Below, piece after piece: positions 1-6,167 of a stretch of 64,000 nt of DNA; position 1 is the stretch's first letter; every line of letters starts with the position of its first letter. The DNA comes from Candidatus Roizmanbacteria bacterium CG_4_9_14_0_2_um_filter_35_15 (lineage in GTDB: Bacteria; Patescibacteriota; Microgenomatia; UBA1406; GWC2-37-13): contig PFRZ01000009.1 of NCBI GenBank assembly GCA_002788805.1, forward strand, positions 1,464 through 65,463. Direction: 5' to 3'. Position numbers and translations under genes: made by a program. The notes below the pieces were generated by a model. That model was given only the letters and a program-made list of their open reading frames with translations. It was not told the DNA's origin and made no database searches.

Positions 1-182
1 AAGGCAATCGGCAACAAAATTTTCAATCTCCTAAAAACCAATTTTTTCGAAGGAGTCAACCATAAAAAAATAAACAATATAAACAATAATCCAGTTAAAA
101 ACAAATATTTTTTTATATTGAGTATTGCTATCGTAAAAACAAGTAAAAAAATAATTTTTAAACTGGCAAAAAAAATTTTCAT
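1..182 (-). CDS. ECF transporter T (transmembrane) component, N-terminal fragment running off the window edge
   Basis: Not in the ORF track. The minus-strand ATG at 180-182 overlaps the TGA of the ATPase gene (ATGA). The translation MKIFFASLKIIFLLVFTIAILNIKKYLFLTGLLFILFIFLWLTPSKK.. is hydrophobic and open to position 1. S-A-T order is typical of dedicated ECF modules. Confidence 0.4.
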   Translation of the reverse strand, partial: MKIFFASLKIIFLLVFTIAILNIKKYLFLTGLLFILFIFLWLTPSKKLVFRRLKILLPIA

Positions 183-934
183 AGTTCGAGACGGGGAATT
201 TTTATTCCAATCTGTTCTAATTTTTTTGTTTCGGAGAGAACGGCTTTGGTTTTTCCTTTTAAAGCAATCCGACCCTGATTTAGAACAATTGTTTGATCAG
301 TATATTCATTAAGAAAGTCAGTATCATGCTCGACGACAATAATGGTTTTTCCTTGTTGATTAAGAGATTTTAATAATTTATATAAATCAACAGTACTTTG
401 ATAATCAAGCATGGCAGTTGGTTCGTCAAGGACAATATAATCTGAATCTTGGGCCAAGACGGCCGCTAGGCAAATTTTTTGTTTTTGACCGAAAGATAAA
501 GTTTGCGGATCGCGATTTTCGTAGCCAGACAGATTAATGATTTTTAATGCTTCTTTAATGCGTAAATTATGATTATTTAACTTAAGATTTTTAAGTCCAA
601 ACTCAATCTCTTCTTTGACCGTTAGATTGAAAAGCATAAAGTCAGGATTTTGGAAAATCATCCCAACAGATTTTGCAAAATAAGAAACTGGTTTTTCTTT
701 AGTATTGACGTTATCAAGATAAACATTACCTTTAAGAGTTCCTCTGATTTGATGAGGGATAAGACCATTGATTAATAGAGTTAAAGTAGTTTTACCACTG
801 CCATTAATGCCGGTGATACCACAGAAAATTCCTCTGGGAATATAAAGATTGATATTTTCTAATTGAAACAAGCCATTTTTGTGAGCAAAAGAAACATTAT
901 CAAAGATAATGCCATTTTTCATATATATTATCAA
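179..934 (-). CDS. ECF/ABC transporter ATP-binding protein (EcfA/CbiO-like)
   Basis: Walker A GINGSGKTT, ABC signature LSFGQKQK, Walker B YIVLDEPT, H-loop VEHD. Confidence 0.85.
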   Translation of the reverse strand: MIIYMKNGIIFDNVSFAHKNGLFQLENINLYIPRGIFCGITGINGSGKTTLTLLINGLIPHQIRGTLKGNVYLDNVNTKEKPVSYFAKSVGMIFQNPDFMLFNLTVKEEIEFGLKNLKLNNHNLRIKEALKIINLSGYENRDPQTLSFGQKQKICLAAVLAQDSDYIVLDEPTAMLDYQSTVDLYKLLKSLNQQGKTIIVVEHDTDFLNEYTDQTIVLNQGRIALKGKTKAVLSETKKLEQIGIKIPRLEL

Positions 935-1494
935 CGGCGGAAACGATCAAGTTTAAATTTAAAAACTAAGATCCAGGCGACGACCACATCAATAATTCCC
1001 TGAACACTATTAAAAATAACAATAATATACCAAGGGATGATTACCATGGCTTTTGCTGATGTTAGTCCGGTCCAGATAGGTATGGCATAGTAGTAATTCA
1101 AAGGAATAACAAGAAAACACCTAATAACTAAAGCGATAATAACAGGAGCGATTAAATTGTGCGGTTTTCGATAATAAGAGAATGATTTTTTTAATACTAT
1201 AATCCATAAACCTAAAATTAGCCACATTGGAAAAGTCGCCGCCCATTTCATACTTGCTCCAAGCCAGGTGTCAGGAGCAAATAAAGTGATCACTAAAGCG
1301 CCAACAAGAGAGACAAGCGCTGACATTCTAAAGCCAAATAAAAAGAAAGCTATCATCCAACTAACAGCCACGATATCTATCCACATGCCAAACTGGGGTG
1401 ACTGATAACCGATATGAATAAGCTGAACTACAGCTGAAAAAGCTGAAAGACCAGCGGCAATCGTTAGTTGTCTAACGGAAAATTTTTTACTCAT
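931..1494 (-). CDS. ECF transporter substrate-specific (S) component, substrate unknown
   Basis: 187 aa with about six hydrophobic helices. Its stop overlaps the ATPase start, and it is the first gene behind a structured leader. Confidence 0.6.
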   Translation of the reverse strand: MSKKFSVRQLTIAAGLSAFSAVVQLIHIGYQSPQFGMWIDIVAVSWMIAFFLFGFRMSALVSLVGALVITLFAPDTWLGASMKWAATFPMWLILGLWIIVLKKSFSYYRKPHNLIAPVIIALVIRCFLVIPLNYYYAIPIWTGLTSAKAMVIIPWYIIVIFNSVQGIIDVVVAWILVFKFKLDRFRR

Positions 1495-1515
1495 AAAAAA
1501 TACCCCTTTCGGGGC
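1495..1515 (-). terminator. Hairpin GCCCC-GAAA-GGGGU plus U6 directly abutting the ATG of the S-component gene (terminator and SD sequestrator)
   Basis: The minus strand reads GCCCCGAAAGGGGUAUUUUUUAUG. The 3' arm AAGGGG is the only SD-like sequence. Confidence 0.5.
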
Positions 1516-1680
1516 ATAATAAATAATATTCTTTCTTTCTTCCCGACTTTACCCCGCTGAGCGGGGTGAACGGTCGCTCCAGGAGTTTCGCCTGGTCGTG
1601 CCCGATTATTCACCGAGCTCGAAGAGTATACTTCCGATTGTGATTTTCACACTAACCCCGAAAGACTAAGTTAATTATAC
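1516..1680 (-). promoter_or_regulatory. GC-rich structured 5' leader, riboswitch-like, class unresolved (weak FMN/RFN resemblance)
   Basis: Perfect hairpins at 1552-1566 (CCCCGC/GCGGGG), 1579-1595 (CCAGG-CGAAACU-CCUGG) and 1601-1617 (CUCGG-UGAAUAA-UCGGG). A closing helix UCUUC..GAAGA is possible. The 3' segment is AAAGUCGGGAAGAAAG. Confidence 0.5.
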
Positions 1681-1694
1681 ATTAATTTTTTTTG

Positions 1695-2966
1695 TCAATA
1701 TAGTGCTTGAACTTGGTAGTTGGCTTTAGAATCAAAGACAAAGGCTTTATTAGGATAGTAGGGTAACGAGTTTATGGTTTGTTCTTTTTCGATGAGAATC
1801 TTTCCCACATAATCGGGAATATCATTATAATTTTTTCCCAAAAGATAGACGTTATTATTAGGAAAATAGTATTCGATGACAAAAAGATCAAGTTCGCTCG
1901 TCGCATATAACGAGTCATTTTTTTTAATAAGAGCTTTAATTTCATGGGCTGATTTTCTAAAATCAGCCTTCTGTCTTTTTTCTATTTGAAGTTTATTGTA
2001 ATTTAAAGTAATGACTACCAATAAAAAAATAATTAGCCAGCGGCAAATTTTTGGCAGATGTTCGATGACATGGATTATTAAAAGAATTAAACCAACAGTG
2101 GAGAAGATCAGATAACGAGGCAAAAATATTGGCTTGATAAAAGAAACAATAACAACCAATAAGGGAATTCCTATACTCCAGATAAAAAGATATTTAAATA
2201 ATTTAAATTGGCGTGGTTTCCTTTTTATAATAAGATAACCAGCGTAAAATAAAATAATCAATACTAAGGAAAGCCAACCGATTGATTTGCTGAAAAAGGT
2301 AAAAGTGCCTTCATAGCCGGTATAGATCTGACCGATAAAATTAATTAGTAACTTATAATCAAATCTCTTAATCCAAAAACTTCCGTTAACAATTCCTTTT
2401 TGAAAGAAAACCAACAAAAGCCAAGGAACAAAGCTTAGAAATGCTTTTAATTGACCTCTATTTTTATTAATAAAATAATGAGTTACTAATATTAAAATCA
2501 TAAAGTAATGAGTGTAAAGACCAAGAATAGTAGAGAAAAGGTAAAGCTTAGAGTTCTTTTTATAAAGAGAATAAAAAGATAGGGTAGCAAAAAAAGCAAA
2601 CATGAGATACATTCTTGCCTCAAAGGCATAATAGAGAAAAAGTGGATTAATAAGAAAAAACAGAAGATAAAAAAATGATTTTTTAAGACTAAATTTAAAA
2701 ATGTTAGATAAAAAAAGGTAAACCGCGTATAAGGTAGCCCAAAAGAAAATAAAAGATAGACTTCTTAAAGCTATTTCCGAGCTACCAAATATTTTTATCC
2801 AGTAATGAAGGATTAAATAATAAAGAGGCGGATTAAAGTCTTTGGCGGTGAGAATAATAATTTGAAAAATATTTTTTTTGGCAAGTAAGTAAGAAAATGC
2901 CTCGTCACGCCATAAAGATTGGACGAGAAAAGCAAGAGGAGTCTTAGTAAATAGCCAAGTGAACAT
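1695..2966 (-). CDS. Polytopic membrane glycosyltransferase, GT-C fold (GT39/ArnT/PMT_2-like)
   Basis: 423 aa with many TM helices and an N-terminal loop motif WRDEAFSY typical of GT-C enzymes. Confidence 0.55.
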   Translation of the reverse strand: MFTWLFTKTPLAFLVQSLWRDEAFSYLLAKKNIFQIIILTAKDFNPPLYYLILHYWIKIFGSSEIALRSLSFIFFWATLYAVYLFLSNIFKFSLKKSFFYLLFFLINPLFLYYAFEARMYLMFAFFATLSFYSLYKKNSKLYLFSTILGLYTHYFMILILVTHYFINKNRGQLKAFLSFVPWLLLVFFQKGIVNGSFWIKRFDYKLLINFIGQIYTGYEGTFTFFSKSIGWLSLVLIILFYAGYLIIKRKPRQFKLFKYLFIWSIGIPLLVVIVSFIKPIFLPRYLIFSTVGLILLIIHVIEHLPKICRWLIIFLLVVITLNYNKLQIEKRQKADFRKSAHEIKALIKKNDSLYATSELDLFVIEYYFPNNNVYLLGKNYNDIPDYVGKILIEKEQTINSLPYYPNKAFVFDSKANYQVQALY

Positions 2967-2971
2967 AATTT

Positions 2972-3056
2972 AGTCTATAAAGTTTATAAAGTCTTTAAAG
3001 TTTATAAAGTACTTTTCTTTATAGACTTTACGACTTTATGACTTTACGAACTCTTT
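2972..3056. repeat. Palindromic array of the 9-nt unit ATAAAGTNN (family A) between two minus-strand genes
   Basis: agtctataaagtttataaagtctttaaagtttataaagt / loop / ctttatagactttacgactttatgactttacgaac. Confidence 0.8.
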
Positions 3057-4536
3057 AGACTTTCTCCGTTACTCTATATTTTAGCTTTTTTCCCAATAAA
3101 ATTCTAGTATGAGCATCAAGGGCGGGAAGCGAGGAAAAAAAGAAAGAAACAATCGGCAAAAAATACCATTGAACAATGAGCATCGGTAGATAAAAAAGGC
3201 TGGTTTTCTGATTCACTTTACGACGGATTTGAATGTCTAAGTAAATATAAAGAATTAAAAATATTGTCGACAAGGTCAAGATTAAAGCTGAGGCTTTTGG
3301 CAGAATAAATCCAAGAACAGTTTTTTTAAAAATAGGATTGATTAAAGGAGGGACAGACGCAGAAAGAGTGAGAATAAAAAAAGACACTGGCCAGAATAAA
3401 TGGGTCTCGGCGATAAATAATAATTTTTTTAGTTTCGTTACTAAGTCAATATTTGGACTGTCAAAAATTTTTTTTAAAAAATAACCGACGTCAGATACAC
3501 CCCAAGCCCAACGTTTTTCTTGCTCATAGCGATTAATAAATGTCTTAAAAACAGTTCCAGAAAAAACCGCGTCGCTATTAACAATAGTAAAAAGAGGCAT
3601 AGTTTTAACCTGGTTGCCGAACTTAAAGAACGCCTGGAAAAAAACATGCCAGTCTTCAGGAATGATATCGACGTCCCAAAAGTTAATTGATTTTAATAGC
3701 CAAAAATTAGTTGAGTAGGTAGAGACCTGAATAAGATTTTCTTTTTGAGAAAGAAAAGCCATGCGCAAAATCGAAGAAAGAGTGGCTTGAATCCTAACAA
3801 AAAGAGGTAGTTTCCAGAAATTGTTATAAAGAAGAACTGGCGCCCAATAAAAATGATAAAGTCGATTTTTATCTCTAAGAAATTCAAAAGTGAGATAGGA
3901 GAAGTAATTCTTAGGAAGAGAACTATCAGCATCACAGATAGTTACTAAAGACAGTTTATCAGATAAGTTATTTTTCTTTAGGCACTGGTCAATGATTTTT
4001 GCGGCATAAGTTTGATTACTAGCTTTACCCGGCTCCTCATTGTCTTCAAGTGTATGATAGGTAATCAATATCTCTTTAAAGAATCTTTGGAATTTATTTT
4101 TTAAAAAAATTCCTTTTTCTCTTGCTTCTTTTTCTCTTTCCTCAAAAGCGAGAATTAAAAATATTTTCTTTTTTCTTGGATAGTTATTGTTAACTAGCGT
4201 TTTTATGGTTGACTGAAGCATATGGAGCGGTTCTTGATAGTTAGGAATAATAACGAAGTGATTAATGGCAGAAATTTTTTTATTTTTATTTATTTTTTTT
4301 TGATAATTGATTTTTTGATGATACTCTATTTCCTTAAAGGATAAAACCGCTGAGTAGGCAGTAATAATTGATTTATAAAAAAAATAAAGATCAAAGGCGA
4401 TGATAAAATAGGCGACGATTGCCGGATGAAAAGGCGAAAGCCAGAGTGGAAATGTGATTAAAATCCATGAACCAATCGGGACAACAATTTCCAGCAGTCT
4501 TTGAAAAAGTCTCGACCCAATAATCCGTTTTGTCAT
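3055..4536 (-). CDS. Membrane-embedded processive family-2 glycosyltransferase (cellulose/chitin synthase-like)
   Basis: N- and C-terminal TM segments, VIIPNYQEP, ICDADS, and the Q(Q/R)xRW-type motif EQEKRWAWG. Confidence 0.7.
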   Translation of the reverse strand: MTKRIIGSRLFQRLLEIVVPIGSWILITFPLWLSPFHPAIVAYFIIAFDLYFFYKSIITAYSAVLSFKEIEYHQKINYQKKINKNKKISAINHFVIIPNYQEPLHMLQSTIKTLVNNNYPRKKKIFLILAFEEREKEAREKGIFLKNKFQRFFKEILITYHTLEDNEEPGKASNQTYAAKIIDQCLKKNNLSDKLSLVTICDADSSLPKNYFSYLTFEFLRDKNRLYHFYWAPVLLYNNFWKLPLFVRIQATLSSILRMAFLSQKENLIQVSTYSTNFWLLKSINFWDVDIIPEDWHVFFQAFFKFGNQVKTMPLFTIVNSDAVFSGTVFKTFINRYEQEKRWAWGVSDVGYFLKKIFDSPNIDLVTKLKKLLFIAETHLFWPVSFFILTLSASVPPLINPIFKKTVLGFILPKASALILTLSTIFLILYIYLDIQIRRKVNQKTSLFYLPMLIVQWYFLPIVSFFFSSLPALDAHTRILLGKKLKYRVTEKV

Positions 4537-4576
4537 GAAGATATTATACTACAGAGTTCAATTCTTAAGTTTAAAA

Positions 4577-4593
4577 CTCACGCCGGGGGTGAG
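4577..4593 (+). repeat. GC-rich REP-like motif, copy 1 (CTCACGCCGGGGGTGAG)
   Basis: The shared core CAC(G/T)CCGGGGGTGAG(G/T)T occurs three times within 1.6 kb of AT-rich DNA. This copy contributes ..NSPPA and the stop codon of the GT2 gene. Confidence 0.7.
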
Positions 4594-5285
4594 TTACTAA
4601 ATTCTTTTTTTCCAAAAAATAAAAATAGCTTGATGAGATTAATCAATCCAATAGAAAAAATGTCAGTCATTTTTTTCCTATGATATTTAAGATCTGTACT
4701 AAGACCCCATTTCCAATGAGTATTAATGCCAGAATGAGGAAAGCACAAAACATTCTTTTTATTTTTTAACATAAATAGGTTAATCTTTGATTCCAATTCC
4801 CATCCTTTAGTTGAATTATTGAGTATAGTAAGTAAGTGATTTTTTTTGATAATTCTTTCACCAGTTGCTAAAACATCACCTCGAGTAAGCTTTACAAATA
4901 ATGGTGCTTTAATTCTTCGTAAAATTAACATATCAATGTCTGGATTTTGTTGGATAATTTTTATAGCTTCTTCAATTTCACTATGATTTAAATTACGAAG
5001 ATCAGCATCTAATAATAGAATTAGACTACCTTGAGTATATTTTAACCCTTCAAAAATAGCATTTGATTTACCAACGTTTTGTTTTAAACGAATATATTCA
5101 ATTTTTGAATAACGTTTTCTTATATTATTTGATTTGTTTTTGTCAGATGCATCATCGATACAAATCACCTCAAATATATTCTTAACTTTGATCACTTCAT
5201 CTAATACTTTATAAAGACGCTCTCCTTCATTCCAAAAAGGAATAATACAGGACACTTTATTTTTTGAATCTTTATTTCGAATCAT
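4578..5285 (-). CDS. Family-2 glycosyltransferase (DPM/DPG-synthase-like)
   Basis: VSCIIPFWNE, ICIDDASDKN, LLLDADL. The start was moved to the internal Met (MIRNKDSK), because the longer ORF begins right at the REP-like motif. Confidence 0.7.
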   Translation of the reverse strand: MIRNKDSKNKVSCIIPFWNEGERLYKVLDEVIKVKNIFEVICIDDASDKNKSNNIRKRYSKIEYIRLKQNVGKSNAIFEGLKYTQGSLILLLDADLRNLNHSEIEEAIKIIQQNPDIDMLILRRIKAPLFVKLTRGDVLATGERIIKKNHLLTILNNSTKGWELESKINLFMLKNKKNVLCFPHSGINTHWKWGLSTDLKYHRKKMTDIFSIGLINLIKLFLFFGKKEFSNSPPA

Positions 5286-5309
5286 ACATAGATTATACAA
5301 TATTAAAAA

Positions 5310-5327
5310 CCTCACCCCCGGAGTGAT
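5310..5327 (-). repeat. GC-rich REP-like motif, copy 2 (reverse complement: TCACTCCGGGGGTGAGG)
   Basis: Same core as 4577-4593 and 6144-6161, in the opposite orientation. Confidence 0.7.
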
Positions 5328-5336
5328 GGATAGGCT

Positions 5337-6014
5337 TTACCAACGATCTATATGCTTAATATGTTCTAATGATTTTTGATAATCAGCGTTATCAAATACA
5401 AATTTTTTGTAGCGAAGTTTATCGTTATTAAAAAGGCCTAATATAAAATCTGGATTGCTCAGTTTTTGAGAACTATTTGGAAAATATTCTTTAAAAGATG
5501 ACCACGGGTAGTTTTCTAATTTATCTATACTTTTAATTAATCCGTCAGAATAAGGATTGAGATGAATGTAACGAGATACATGTTTTAACTGTTCCTCGCT
5601 TTTTATTAACACGGCTTTAAATCTAGGAAGAAATATGGGTCCCTTTCTTTCGAATTTTATATTGAAATATCTCGTAAAGGAATTTAAAGTATCACCAATA
5701 AATTTACTAATACCATTTTCGCTTAATTGTTTTAAGAGAAAATGAAAATGCGTTTGCATTAAACAGTAACTTAAAATTTCTACTTTAAAATAAGCCGAAA
5801 TAAGAATTTCTTTTAAGATTAAGTTTTTGTTTATGTCTATTAGTCTTTTATAGTCAGAAAATCTTAATCGAGCTTTTAATGATCGATAATATCGAGATAT
5901 CTCCAAAAACGTGGAAGGCAAATGATTATTAGTAAATATTTGTTTTGACTCTATAGTTTTATTAAAAACATGATAATATTCTCCGTTGATAAAATTTATT
6001 CTTCTTTTCGGCAT
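5337..6014 (-). CDS. IS200-like Y1 HUH transposase, REP-associated tyrosine transposase (RAYT)-like
   Basis: HUH motif in LMQTHFHFLL, catalytic Tyr context VSRYIHLNP, downstream YPWSSF, N-terminal GEYYHVFNK. At 225 aa it is longer than an IS200 TnpA. Confidence 0.8.
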   Translation of the reverse strand: MPKRRINFINGEYYHVFNKTIESKQIFTNNHLPSTFLEISRYYRSLKARLRFSDYKRLIDINKNLILKEILISAYFKVEILSYCLMQTHFHFLLKQLSENGISKFIGDTLNSFTRYFNIKFERKGPIFLPRFKAVLIKSEEQLKHVSRYIHLNPYSDGLIKSIDKLENYPWSSFKEYFPNSSQKLSNPDFILGLFNNDKLRYKKFVFDNADYQKSLEHIKHIDRW

Positions 6015-6143
6015 ATATAGAAGTATTTTGAAGGCTTTATTTATTTTTGTCTATAGACTATATGCTACAAAATATATATTTTAGATTGTTAATACAAGAT
6101 TATTTTATCAATATACTATCATTCATACCGGGAATGAGAGAAT

Positions 6144-6161
6144 CGCACGCCGGGGGTGAGG
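6144..6161 (+). repeat. GC-rich REP-like motif, copy 3 (CGCACGCCGGGGGTGAGG)
   Basis: Same core. It lies between the helicase stop and the RAYT-like gene. Confidence 0.7.
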
Positions 6162-6167
6162 TTTGGA

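Larger units (their letters stand above)
5310..6161. mobile_element. RAYT-like unit: Y1 (IS200-like) transposase gene flanked by inverted REP-like motifs
   Basis: The copies at 5310-5327 and 6144-6161 are inverted relative to each other and bracket ORF 5337-6014. Confidence 0.55.

Noticed and set aside
1551-1626. A plus-strand reading of the ECF leader as a TPP-like element (GCUGAGCGGGGUGAAC..).
   Set aside because: There is no plus-strand gene downstream. The regulated operon is on the minus strand, and the TPP core (CUGAGA .. ACCUGAUCUGGAUAAUGCCAGCG) is not present.
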